DNA from: an uncultured Armatimonadetes bacterium
GTDB taxonomy: Bacteria > Armatimonadota > Hebobacteria > Hebobacterales > Hebobacteraceae
DNA length: 64,000 nucleotides
Direction: 5' to 3'
NCBI GenBank assembly: GCA_963716175.1
Contig: OY970296.1
Location: 2,944,001-3,008,000, forward strand
Shown here: positions 46,807-56,717 of the stretch, piece by piece
Layout of the letters: each line of letters opens with the position of its first letter
How positions within the stretch are numbered: the stretch's first letter is position 1
The notes under the pieces: model-generated
What the model was told of the DNA's origin: nothing
Databases searched by the model: none
What the model saw: only the letters and a program-made list of their open reading frames with translations
Position numbers and translations under genes: made by a program

Positions 46807-48690
46807 ATGGCGACGACGTTATTGACCGGGTCTAGACCTGCGATCCGGAGGTGTCCGGTAGACCCGCGAGCCATTGTTCCGGAGGTGCTGCGGGCCGTCG
46901 GGACTAGGATGCCAGAGAGCTACGAGACGGCAATCGGGGAGGTGCTTCTGGAGACGAACTGGGACACGGTGCGCTGGTTCTTCGAGCAGCGTGCGGTGCG
47001 AGGCAAGGTGGCCCACGATTATCCGATCCTTGTCGACGTTAGGCGCGTCCCCTTACGGCAGGTGGAGGCGGTCCTGGCTCAGGGATACCGGGAGAGGTCT
47101 GCCTATCCGCGGACTGTCCAGGTACAGGATGCAGCCTTCGTTGTCTCTCGGAACAGCATCGTCGGGTTCATTCCGGAGACCACCCACGTCGGGGGCGTGC
47201 TTCTGGAGTGGCTCTGGTATGCGCTTCCGATCTGCTGCGCTCCAGAGGGCTGGCAAGCCATCCATGCATCTGTGATTGGAACGGAGCAGGGGGCCCTGCT
47301 CATCTGCGGGGGCAGCGGTTCTGGGAAGACTACGGTCGTGCTGCATCTGCTGGAGACCGAGAGGGGCTCTCTCTTTTCGGAAGACGTCGCGTTAGTCAAC
47401 GCCGATCGGAGTGTGGTGCGAGCCTGGGACCAGTCCCTCCACCTCCACCCGCATCAAGTTCCGGCCGGCTTCGATCCAGGGCTGACTCTGGACTTCACCG
47501 GTAAGATCCGCTGGATGGGCTATGATGCGGCGAGGGAAATCGAGCATCCCATCTGGCGGGTGCTCTTCCTCTCGGACGAGCCCACCTGGCTAGGCCACAG
47601 CGGCGATGGCTTCGATAGCGAGTGGGTCCCCAAGTGTAACGCTGACGATTTCCTGGCCTCTCAGGCGGAGTATCTCGGGTATCGTCCGGATCCAGCATCT
47701 GTCCCAACCCGTCGCCCCCCCAGAGTCTTGCTCGTCAACCGAGACCCTGCCCGTCCCCCCACCGCCTGGGACGGGGGAGACATGACGAACGTCTACGGCT
47801 ACCGGGATGGGCTGCGCAAGGCGGGGTTGATCGCCCACTTCCAGCCGAGCTGGATCCATCAGGTGGATGGTTGGGATCTGGTCCACATTTTCCACGCTCA
47901 GTTCTCTTGGATTCACGAGATGGTTGCTGCTCTCCCGGCGTGGACGCCGCTGGTGGTGACCCCGATTACCCACGGGTACCCGGAGGTGGAAGAGCTGGCG
48001 CCTGTGATTCCGCGGGCCGAGAAGGTCCTCTGCTATTCACAGACGGAAATTGACTTCTACCGGGAGCGTTTCCCTGAACTGGGCGACGCGCGGTTCGGAA
48101 TCTCGCCCCAGGGAGTGCCGGTTTCACTCTATGACTTCGCCGAAACCGTGGATCCAGAACGGCGCATCTTCGTGGCGGCTCGCTACACAATGACGAAGAA
48201 CCAGGCAGCTATACTCCGGGCCTGCATGCACCTCGATGTTCCAGTCACATTCGCCGGACCGGACAACGCGGCCGACTCGGCCCAGATCCTGGCCCGCCTG
48301 CATGAGATCGCGGGTGACTGGAAGGGTGCCACCTTCCTGCCGATGCTGCGGGGGGCGGATCTCTGGCGTGAGTACCGGCGGGCCTGGGTGCACGCGAATG
48401 CCTCTGGTTTCGAGCCTTTCGGTCTGAACTCGCTGGAGGCACTCGCCTCGGGATGCAACATCGTGCACACGAGCAGTGGCTGGGGAGTCGAGCAGTTCCG
48501 GAGCCACGGGAGCCTGTGCTCTCCTCACGACCTGGATTCCATCATCGGCGCACTGGAGACGGAGTTGAACAGGCCCAGGGGATGGCACCGCTGCCGCCCC
48601 CAGACCTGGGATGAAGCGTCTTTCGGACTGCTCACAATCTACCAGGAGGTACGAGATGACTGCCAACGTGTTCCAACGCAGCGAGCATGA
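46807..48690 (+). CDS. HPr-kinase-like P-loop domain fused to GT4
   Basis: IHAS...ALLICGGSGSGKTT...FSEDVALV; C-terminal KNQ and FEPFGLNSLEALASG. Confidence 0.8.
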   Translation: MATTLLTGSRPAIRRCPVDPRAIVPEVLRAVGTRMPESYETAIGEVLLETNWDTVRWFFEQRAVRGKVAHDYPILVDVRRVPLRQVEAVLAQGYRERSAYPRTVQVQDAAFVVSRNSIVGFIPETTHVGGVLLEWLWYALPICCAPEGWQAIHASVIGTEQGALLICGGSGSGKTTVVLHLLETERGSLFSEDVALVNADRSVVRAWDQSLHLHPHQVPAGFDPGLTLDFTGKIRWMGYDAAREIEHPIWRVLFLSDEPTWLGHSGDGFDSEWVPKCNADDFLASQAEYLGYRPDPASVPTRRPPRVLLVNRDPARPPTAWDGGDMTNVYGYRDGLRKAGLIAHFQPSWIHQVDGWDLVHIFHAQFSWIHEMVAALPAWTPLVVTPITHGYPEVEELAPVIPRAEKVLCYSQTEIDFYRERFPELGDARFGISPQGVPVSLYDFAETVDPERRIFVAARYTMTKNQAAILRACMHLDVPVTFAGPDNAADSAQILARLHEIAGDWKGATFLPMLRGADLWREYRRAWVHANASGFEPFGLNSLEALASGCNIVHTSSGWGVEQFRSHGSLCSPHDLDSIIGALETELNRPRGWHRCRPQTWDEASFGLLTIYQEVRDDCQRVPTQRA

Positions 48691-49861
48691 GTTCCTGCGC
48701 GTGATGGCCCTGACTGGCGCCTCCTTCTCGTCACTGCTGCAAGCAGCAGAGCGAGTGGAGGACTGGACGTACGTAGAGCAAACGGCTGGCAAGCACCAGC
48801 TGCCGGGAGTGTTTCAGCACCGGCTAGCGACGATGCCAGAATGGTACACGCCCTCTGCCGATGTTAGGGAGTGGCTTGAGGAGAACGGGAGGATCTGGAA
48901 AGAGGCCGTAACTCCGATCCTCCAGGCTCTGGAGGAGGCGGGCGTGCCCTACGTCTTTCCGGGTACTCTGCCCACGTTCGGGCTTTATCAGGAAATGGAA
49001 GGGTGGCCGAAGTGGTCCGATGACCTGGACATCGCAGTTCCGTCCTCTCGCTATGAAGACACGGAGAGGGTGCTGGGCCTCGGGCTCTCTCCCTTCTCGC
49101 CGCGCGCTCCCTACCTGAGCACTGGGCCCGCGACCGATCATCCATTTCCCTATTTCGTGCAAGTGCTCACCTATCCCCGTTCGCACGATCTGGTCACGTC
49201 CGACGCATTCTACGGGGATGGCCTGATGTACGCGCGTATCCAGCACGTCGTGACGAGCGGCATTAGTATGCCCGTACCCCATGCCGAGGCGTGGTTGGTC
49301 ATGCACGCGGCCTGTCAGTACAGCGGGCTGCAATGGCCTGGGGCCCCTGTTCCGCTGGGGTTGTTTGCCCGTCTCTGCAACATCGCCTCTTCTGCTGCGA
49401 GCTTCGACTGGGCCGCGGTCGCGTCAGTGATCAGACACTTCGCCGAACTAAGCGAGCGGCGGATACAGTTGGGGCGCGACTCAGGGCTCGCGTTACCGCC
49501 GGAGGAGCAGCCCGAAGTGGTCCGGCGGACCTGTGTATCGCGGCAAGTCCCCTGGCTGCTGAGGCTGGCTGATCGGGTCTATTCGTTCGTGCCGGACGCA
49601 TTCTGGGAAGAACTCGGACCCACGGAGCCTCCCCTGGCTCTGGCCCTTGTCGGAGAAGACCACGGCCCCGCTCCGGGATGGGCTACCTATTGCGAATGGG
49701 CGGAGATACCGGACATCGAGCGATTGCTGTTCGAGCAGTACGACGAGACTGGCATAGAGAGACGCCTGGCCGCCGGAATCTGGAGGCCCTATGCAGAGAC
49801 CATCCGCCTGCCGATCAACGAGCCGGACTGGTATGAGACGCACCTTGTTCCGACGTCGTAG
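48656..49861 (+). CDS. Nucleotidyltransferase-family protein (NTP_transf_5-like)
   Basis: DW....TA.KH N-terminal helix, LEEAGVPYV, SDDLDIAVP (DxD). Confidence 0.6.
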   Translation: MTANVFQRSEHEFLRVMALTGASFSSLLQAAERVEDWTYVEQTAGKHQLPGVFQHRLATMPEWYTPSADVREWLEENGRIWKEAVTPILQALEEAGVPYVFPGTLPTFGLYQEMEGWPKWSDDLDIAVPSSRYEDTERVLGLGLSPFSPRAPYLSTGPATDHPFPYFVQVLTYPRSHDLVTSDAFYGDGLMYARIQHVVTSGISMPVPHAEAWLVMHAACQYSGLQWPGAPVPLGLFARLCNIASSAASFDWAAVASVIRHFAELSERRIQLGRDSGLALPPEEQPEVVRRTCVSRQVPWLLRLADRVYSFVPDAFWEELGPTEPPLALALVGEDHGPAPGWATYCEWAEIPDIERLLFEQYDETGIERRLAAGIWRPYAETIRLPINEPDWYETHLVPTS

Positions 49862-49942
49862 GAGTCGAATCTACCTGGCTGGACGTGCCTCCGGAGGCTC
49901 TCTCGCCATGGCGGCCAGCGCGCTTGCCATAAGGCCTGGGCC

Positions 49943-52897
49943 ATGATAGCCGTCATCACTCCGTTCTCCGGGAGACACATGTGGTGGGAGTGGTGGATCC
50001 AGGGATTCGAGGCGCTCGAGTTCGACCGCAGTCAGCTCTGCGTGTTCTGGCTCAATGACTCAGGAGATCTGGAGTTCGGGCAAGTGCTCAGCTCTTACGT
50101 AGCTGAGCACCGCCAGGACTACCGCCGCTTCGAGTTACGTCCCGGGCCGCGTAGCGGGAGGACCGGAAACGAACGATTGGCGGCCAGCTACAGCGAACTG
50201 CGCAACGGGGTGCTCGAGAGCGGTGAGTCTTTCCTGTCTGTGCTAGCCTACGAAGATGACGTTGTCCCGCCGCCGGACGGCCTGCGTCTGCTCCACTCCT
50301 TCTCTGCCAGGAATCCCACGGCCTCCATGGTCGCCGGAGCCGTCTTCTACCACGATACACGAACCAAGCAGGCTTTTCCCCTCGCCTGGCGATTTGCCCA
50401 AGACTCGAACGAGGGGTCGCTTGCCCCGGTCCTCTACCAGATTCCCGAGGCTTACCAAGGGACGGAGGAGGTCGATGCTGTTGGGCTGGGCTTCACCTTG
50501 TTGCGGGATCCGGCCTTCCTTCGCACCTCCCTCTATCCCTCCGCGATGGGACTGAGCTTCGAGCAACTGCTGGGATGGGAGGTCCGGCAGCTTGGCGGGC
50601 GCGTGTTCTACCTGGGGAATATCCGCTGCTGGCATCATGAGCTAGCCGATGGGCAGCTCATCTCCTCCTTTCCGCAGCGACGCGCCGCACGCCAGCGCAT
50701 GCCCGCTCCGGAAACGAGCCCTCGCTTCGAGCGGCACATTGCGATCCTCACTCCGTTTTCCGGAAAGGTCGAAGCCCTCGAGGGCTACCTCGGGTGTCTC
50801 GACTCCCTAGACTGGGAACCGAGGAAGCTGCACCTGGTCTGGCTGGATAACTCCCGCGACCCCGCCTTCGGAGCGCAGCTGGAGGCGGCGCTCGAGGAGC
50901 GGAGGCAGCGTTTCGCCTCCGCGTGTCTGCTCCAAGAGCATCGGGTGGTCGGACCCAAGCACGCGCAGGTCGGCTTTCTCTACCGGAAGCTGCGCCGCCT
51001 CATCCCCGAGGGCGTGCCCTACGTCTTCTGCTGGGAGGACGACGTTCTCATTCCCTCCCGGGCTCTGCGAGTCTTGCAGGCAGAGCTGCAGGGGGAAGAG
51101 GATATCGGGGCGGTTTCCGGAGCGGTTCCCTACTACCGACCCGGACCTCCTGAGAGCGTCGAGGTGCTGTTGTGGCGCTACCAGAGCCTGGAACCCGCGC
51201 CACTGCCTGCCCCTGACGGCCCCTTACAGATCCAGGTATGGCAGGCCCCCTACCATTGCTTCGGCACCTCCGAGATCGATGGGTGCGGATTCGGGTGCAT
51301 GCTCACCCGCCGCCATCTCTTCGACGGAGCCAGCCTGCTCGCCAACCGCTGCGGGATCAACCATGATCAGGTGTACGGCTGGGAGCTGCGCCAAGACGGG
51401 TACCGGCTCCTGGGTGTGTGGCACCTCACGTGCGAGCACATCCAGGCGGACCAGGAGGGCCAGCCGCGGCGGGTGCCCATGCCGGTACCGCAGGTGGATG
51501 GGCTCCGGCGAGCGGGATCCTCCCTCTCGGCCTCCGCGATCCACCAGGAGTACCCGAACTTCCGGGTAGGCGAGGAGCCGGGCGAGGGCAAGTACCTGTT
51601 CCTGGTCGACGAGCACAGCCACCCTGGGGAAGACTACCTAGCTGGGGCGGTCGAAGCTCTGGAAGCGGACGATAACCTCTCCCACGCCTTTGGGATCGTG
51701 CTGCAGGGAGAGCGGCCCGTGAGCGTGCGAGACGGCACCTACCCGTGGCGAGGTCCGGCCTGCTCGGTGTTCCGGCGCAGCGCCCTTGAGGAGATTCCCA
51801 ACTGGGAACAGCTCCTGTGCTCCGAGGTCGAGGTGCTCACCGGCGAGTTGCTGAGGAACGGCTGGCGTTGCGAGCAGGTTCTGGAGGTTTGCCTCCGACA
51901 GGACGGGGAGTCGATCGCGCCTCGCGCCAAGCCGGCCCGGTACGTCGCCGAGTACCAGCGCAGGCAGGGGCGCCCCCTCTCGGTGCTCTTCCAGAACCGC
52001 CCTCGCACCTGGAGCGGAGGTGATATGATCCACATGGAGGGGCTCCAGGAGGCGCTGCGCGAGGAAGGGTTCACCGCCGACTTCCGCTCCCCGGGCTTCC
52101 GGGCGATCCAGGACTGGGATCTCGTGCATCTCATGCACATCGCCTTTCCCTGGTCCGCTGAGATCTCGCAACGCTGCATCGAGCTGGAGCATCCCTACGT
52201 GGTCTCGACGATTCTGCAAAGGGTAGACTCCCAGGCGGACCTTCATAGGGTCGGCGCCCATGCCTCCGCGATCATTGCCGCCTCCGAGGGCGAAAAGCAA
52301 GCGCTAGTCTCGTACTGGCCGGGATTCGAAGGTAGGATCGTGGTGATCCCCCTGGGCCTGCATCCCAGCTGGTTCGCCGCCCCGGCTGAGCCACTTGATC
52401 TGGGGGGGCGCTACGTGCTCTGCGCGGGGCGCTATGAGCCTCAGAAGCGCCAGCAGGCAGTGCTGGAGGCCTGTAGGCAGATCAACGCCAGGGTGGTCTT
52501 TGTCGGGGGCCCTGACACCGCCGGCTCCTGGGACTACTATGAGGACCTCGTCTCCCAGGGGTATGAGAAGGCGACATTCCTGAAGGAGGCGCCGCTCGGG
52601 GAGCTTCAGCGTCTCTTCTATGGCGCCCATGTCGTCTGTCACGCCTCGGAATATGAGAGCTTTGGTCTGACCGGGATCGAAGCGGCCGCCGCGGGAGCGA
52701 ACCTAGTAATGACCAATCGAACCCTCGCGATGGACCAGTTCGGGTGGGCGAGCTTCTGCGATCCCTTCTCGGTTGATTCAATAGCCACCAGCCTCGCCGA
52801 TGAACTCGAGGCGCCGCGGGCGCCCAAGCCGCGTCCGCTCTCCTGGCAGGAGGTAGCCCGGCGTACTATCCCCATCTACCTGTGGGCACTCGCCTGA
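49943..52897 (+). CDS. Multidomain glycosyltransferase: two GT-A repeats + partial GT-A + GT4
   Basis: Duplicated TPFSG...EDDV...G.G..L.R...GWE.RQ; C-terminal GRYEPQKRQ and YESFGLTGIEAAAAG. Confidence 0.82.
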   Translation: MIAVITPFSGRHMWWEWWIQGFEALEFDRSQLCVFWLNDSGDLEFGQVLSSYVAEHRQDYRRFELRPGPRSGRTGNERLAASYSELRNGVLESGESFLSVLAYEDDVVPPPDGLRLLHSFSARNPTASMVAGAVFYHDTRTKQAFPLAWRFAQDSNEGSLAPVLYQIPEAYQGTEEVDAVGLGFTLLRDPAFLRTSLYPSAMGLSFEQLLGWEVRQLGGRVFYLGNIRCWHHELADGQLISSFPQRRAARQRMPAPETSPRFERHIAILTPFSGKVEALEGYLGCLDSLDWEPRKLHLVWLDNSRDPAFGAQLEAALEERRQRFASACLLQEHRVVGPKHAQVGFLYRKLRRLIPEGVPYVFCWEDDVLIPSRALRVLQAELQGEEDIGAVSGAVPYYRPGPPESVEVLLWRYQSLEPAPLPAPDGPLQIQVWQAPYHCFGTSEIDGCGFGCMLTRRHLFDGASLLANRCGINHDQVYGWELRQDGYRLLGVWHLTCEHIQADQEGQPRRVPMPVPQVDGLRRAGSSLSASAIHQEYPNFRVGEEPGEGKYLFLVDEHSHPGEDYLAGAVEALEADDNLSHAFGIVLQGERPVSVRDGTYPWRGPACSVFRRSALEEIPNWEQLLCSEVEVLTGELLRNGWRCEQVLEVCLRQDGESIAPRAKPARYVAEYQRRQGRPLSVLFQNRPRTWSGGDMIHMEGLQEALREEGFTADFRSPGFRAIQDWDLVHLMHIAFPWSAEISQRCIELEHPYVVSTILQRVDSQADLHRVGAHASAIIAASEGEKQALVSYWPGFEGRIVVIPLGLHPSWFAAPAEPLDLGGRYVLCAGRYEPQKRQQAVLEACRQINARVVFVGGPDTAGSWDYYEDLVSQGYEKATFLKEAPLGELQRLFYGAHVVCHASEYESFGLTGIEAAAAGANLVMTNRTLAMDQFGWASFCDPFSVDSIATSLADELEAPRAPKPRPLSWQEVARRTIPIYLWALA

Positions 52898-53861
52898 TGC
52901 AACCGCCGCGGATAGTCCAGATCGAGGTCTCCACGCGCTGCAACATCCGCTGTCGCTTCTGTGGTTCCATCCCCCATGCTACCCCAGGGCTGATGGAGTG
53001 GGCCCTCTTCGAGCGCTGCCTGGACTTCGTCTCGAGGGGATGTTGGGTCGAGCTCTACGGCAACGGAGAGCCACTGCTTCATCCACTGTTCGTCGAGATG
53101 ACCAAGGCCGTGGACAGAAGGGGAGGGCTACCTCGCACCTCGACAAACGGGATGCTCATGTCTTCCGAGAATGATCCGGCTCCTGGAGGCAGCCGGACTT
53201 CGGCGGACCATCTTCTCTATCTGCGGCGTCACAGAGGAGCTGCACGAGTACCTGCAGCCAGGTGTTGCCTCGGAGCAGGTATGGGGCAACTTCGCCGCCT
53301 GTGCGCGGAGCGGGATCGAGACCTGGGCGCTCTATGTACTCATGGGCTGCAATCTCGAGGAGCTTGGAGCGTTTATCCAGAGAGTGCACGACTCCGGAGG
53401 CCGATACGTTGTGATCGAGCAGATGTACGTCTCCGACGGTCATCCCCTTGCCGGCCAGCAGCTCCGGCACCACGGCGAAGCGGTGCGTCACTACCTGCCG
53501 CAGGCGCAAGTGCTGGCCGAATCCCTGGGAGTCACCGTCGAGCGGCGTTACGATGCGAGCCTGCTCCGGGCACGCGGGCCGCAGTGACCAGATAGCACGG
53601 TCAGGCCAACGTACAGGACAATAGCGAACCATGACGAGTCCCCTGTGTTCGAAGCCATTCGCTGAGGTTTTCATTACCATCATGGGCGATGTCCATCCCT
53701 GCTGTTCGACGATTGTCCCGGTCGGCTCGCTCTGGCGCTCCTCAGCGCAGGAGATCTGGGAGAAGGGTTTCGAGGAACTGCGCTCCCAGATGCGTGGGCG
53801 AGAGCTCCCCGGCCGCTGCCGTCACTGCCTCATCCTCAGGCTAGGGCTGGAGGTACGTTAG
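52897..53861 (+). pseudogene. Radical SAM/SPASM protein in three pieces (frameshift near 53170; SPASM ORF 53631-53861)
   Basis: CNIRCRFC, GNGEPLLHP, STNG; continues in the 53171-53587 frame; CSKPF...GDVHPCC...VGSL...EIW...CRHC. Confidence 0.8.
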
Positions 53862-53924
53862 CTACCCCTGCAGGTGTGTCTCTATGTCCGACGGCGACGG
53901 GACAAGGAACCGAGAGATGGCGAG

Positions 53925-54710
53925 ATGATCTACGACTGCATTCCCTTCTGGCGGGACCTGGATATGCTGGAGTTGCGCTTGAGGGAGTACGCGGGGGTGG
54001 TGGACCGCTTCGTCCTCGTTGAGTCAGAGACCACCCACGCCGGGAGCCCAAGCCCTGCCTATCTGCGGGAGAACATGCATCGGTTCGTCGACTTTGCGAG
54101 CCAGATTGTGTACGTGCCGCTGGAGCTGGACCGGGCGTCCACTCCCCCCGACCGGGAACGCAGCATGCAGGATGGCATCCTCGTAGGTCTGGAAGGGGCT
54201 CACCCGAAGGACGTGGTGATCCTCTCTGACCTCGACGAGTTCGCCCCACTCGAGGAGGTCATGCACTACCTCGATTTCCCCGGCTTTGTGCGCTTCCGCT
54301 GCTGCTGGCATATGTACTACCTGAACGGCCATGTCGGAGGCCGCGGGGTCGGACCAAGGATGTTTCGTCGGCGAGTCCTTGAGCAGTACCTGCCCTCCGT
54401 CGTTCGGTGCGCTGAGACGCTCCCAGGCATGCCGACGATCACCAGGGATTCGGGCGTGCACTTCTCCTTCACCGGCGGCCCTGAGCGGGCGATAGAGAAA
54501 CTGCATAACTACTCGCACAGAGACCTCTTCGACAAGTTCCCCTACAACGACCCGGAGCATATGGCCTGGGCGATCAAGGCCGGGCTGACCTTCATCGATG
54601 GCGCGGTGGTCCACTACCAGACCCGCCTGGATGAGCATTACCCACGGGTGCTGAGGGACAACCCCAGGCCCTGGGCCCACCTGCTTTACGGCTTCGGGAG
54701 CAACAAGTAG
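53925..54710 (+). CDS. Glycosyltransferase family 17-like
   Basis: MIYDC..F..LDMLELRL....VVDRFVLVES..THAG, ILSDLDE, GVHFSF, KL.NYSH. Confidence 0.88.
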   Translation: MIYDCIPFWRDLDMLELRLREYAGVVDRFVLVESETTHAGSPSPAYLRENMHRFVDFASQIVYVPLELDRASTPPDRERSMQDGILVGLEGAHPKDVVILSDLDEFAPLEEVMHYLDFPGFVRFRCCWHMYYLNGHVGGRGVGPRMFRRRVLEQYLPSVVRCAETLPGMPTITRDSGVHFSFTGGPERAIEKLHNYSHRDLFDKFPYNDPEHMAWAIKAGLTFIDGAVVHYQTRLDEHYPRVLRDNPRPWAHLLYGFGSNK

Positions 54711-54934
54711 AGCGCAGGACCAGAGATAGCAATGCGCCGCGATGCCCAGCATCTTGGACACTCCATCCCTCCACCCGCAGTTCTCGCGCTGGCTGAGGTG
54801 CACCAGCAGATGATCGGAGCCTGTCGGTTCCGTGGCAGGGGAGATGCTGGCATAGGCATCAGATGCAACATTTGGTCCCGTGGCCGCGATGTGGTACATC
54901 AGCCGAGCGTCGAAGAGCCAAGCCAGCGGGACAC

Positions 54935-55630
54935 TCACACGTTTTGGCGACGCTCAAGGCGGCAGATCGCCCTCCACCCCCGGAAGGGCGGGCCGGGCGG
55001 ATCACCAGGCCAGCTCCACGTCACCTCGCTCTCCGCTCGAAAACCGCAGCGCGCGAGCATCTCCAGTAGCTCCTCGCGCGAGTACAGACGTGCGGGCTCA
55101 ACACCGTGTGGGCAGTCAGAGCACACGAACGTATCGGTATCGGGCGAGTAGACGTACCTTCCTTCGAGCCTGTGCAGTATAGCGAACTGCTTCGTGTAGG
55201 TCTGGAACAGGAAGCGTCCATCCTTGCGCAGGGCAGAGGCGACCGAATCGAGGACGCGGCGGTTGTCCTCATGGGATTCGAAGCAGCCGAAGATCCTGTC
55301 TCGGAGCATCACCGCATCAAACGGACCCGCGGGCAGATCGCGCATGTCCGCGCAGACCCAGTCGACGACAACCTGACGCTCCTGCGCGAGCTCCTGTGCG
55401 ATCTCAAGTGCTCTCGAAGAGAAGTCAACACCCGTTACGCGGAACCCTCGACTCGCCAGCTCTATGGCCTCCAGGCCGCGGCCGCATGCGATGTCGAGGA
55501 TGCGCTCGCCGCTCCTGAGCTGTAGCCTTGAGATCAGGGCATCGGCCTTGCCGGCGATCAGGGACCAATCGACCGCAAAGCCCTCCTGCTTCATGCGGAG
55601 CCAGCTGGCGTCCCAGCGCTCTCGCTCCAT
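54935..55630 (-). CDS. Class I SAM-dependent methyltransferase
   Basis: ILDIACGRG, VTGVDFS, ADMRDL. Confidence 0.9.
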   Translation of the reverse strand: MERERWDASWLRMKQEGFAVDWSLIAGKADALISRLQLRSGERILDIACGRGLEAIELASRGFRVTGVDFSSRALEIAQELAQERQVVVDWVCADMRDLPAGPFDAVMLRDRIFGCFESHEDNRRVLDSVASALRKDGRFLFQTYTKQFAILHRLEGRYVYSPDTDTFVCSDCPHGVEPARLYSREELLEMLARCGFRAESEVTWSWPGDPPGPPFRGWRAICRLERRQNV

Positions 55631-55688
55631 TGTTCTCTCCGTCCGTGCCCGACCGCGCAGTGTCCCGACCCTCCCTTCCGCTTCGGTG

Positions 55689-56630
55689 CTAGCCTCCAAG
55701 GTACCCAAGCCCTCGAAGTCGCCTCTCGACCTCGGTGATGTTGTTCCCCTCCCCGAGCGGAACGTAAGCGGCGATGATCTTGTGGAGTTGTGCGTTGCTC
55801 CGGATGCGAGGCGGAGCCGGCCCCGGGGTAGGCGGGATCACCGCAACGAGCACCTCGCGCGCGACCCCGGTCTGGTAGGGAGCCGACACGCCGTGGCCCC
55901 AGACGTCGTCTTCGCCGTGACTGTCGCCGTGGTCGGAGCAGACGATCAGGAGCGTCTCGCCATCCGCGAGAAGCTGCGGCCAGATCGCGGCGAGCTTGCG
56001 ATCCGTCTCGAGGCAGTACTGCTCGTAGCGGCTTCGCAGGTACTGCTTCGCCTTGTCGGGGATCGGGAGCCACCCGAGTTCGCTATCGATCACAGGGCAG
56101 AATCGCCCTTCCTCTATGTCAGCCAGGGCAGAAGCCTCCACTCCCACGACGCCGCTCGGAATGACCCGCCCCGGGAGATATGGCTCGTGCACCTCGAAGA
56201 GGTGGATGTATGCGAACCAGGGACGGCTCTGTTGAGAATGCCAGGCGAAGAACTGCTCCCAGACACCCTCCATCGAATAGGGTCCCCACCAGGAGCCGTC
56301 CGAACAGGACCAAACGTGCCCGAAGTCCCGGAACAGCCACATCGCCTCGTGGACCGCGAGCGTGGACTGACCGAGGAAGGCGGCGGTGGAGTGCGTCTGT
56401 CCGAGGCGGCTCGCCAGCGTCTGCATGCGCACCGTGTCTTCGGGGCCGTACATGAAGGCGAGGTCGTTTCCGAACATCATCGCCCCAACGCTCGGGAGCG
56501 TCGCCGCGATGATAGTGTCAACTCGCTCCTGCCGATGTCCGGTCACCAGCAGAGCCGAGAGGTGCGGCATCCGCGCCGGCGTCACATGATCGACGCGGAG
56601 GGCGTCCAGGCAGACGATGCAGATGTTCAT
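55689..56630 (-). CDS. Sulfatase/alkaline-phosphatase-superfamily protein
   Basis: LDALRVDH, TLPS (Thr nucleophile position), HEPY, SDHG, GHG, RLRGLGYL. Confidence 0.82.
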   Translation of the reverse strand: MNICIVCLDALRVDHVTPARMPHLSALLVTGHRQERVDTIIAATLPSVGAMMFGNDLAFMYGPEDTVRMQTLASRLGQTHSTAAFLGQSTLAVHEAMWLFRDFGHVWSCSDGSWWGPYSMEGVWEQFFAWHSQQSRPWFAYIHLFEVHEPYLPGRVIPSGVVGVEASALADIEEGRFCPVIDSELGWLPIPDKAKQYLRSRYEQYCLETDRKLAAIWPQLLADGETLLIVCSDHGDSHGEDDVWGHGVSAPYQTGVAREVLVAVIPPTPGPAPPRIRSNAQLHKIIAAYVPLGEGNNITEVERRLRGLGYLGG

Positions 56631-56717
56631 AGCGTAGTCTCCTCAGAGTCTGCCCAGAGTTTGAAACGTTCCGGTTCAGACCGACCGCCTGTCGAGTCAT
56701 GACCCGTCCCGCAGCGC

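Noticed and set aside
46807-53861. Lasso peptide or other RiPP cluster
   Set aside because: No cyclase, peptidase, RRE/PqqD or convincing precursor; the rSAM gene is broken and sits among GTs.
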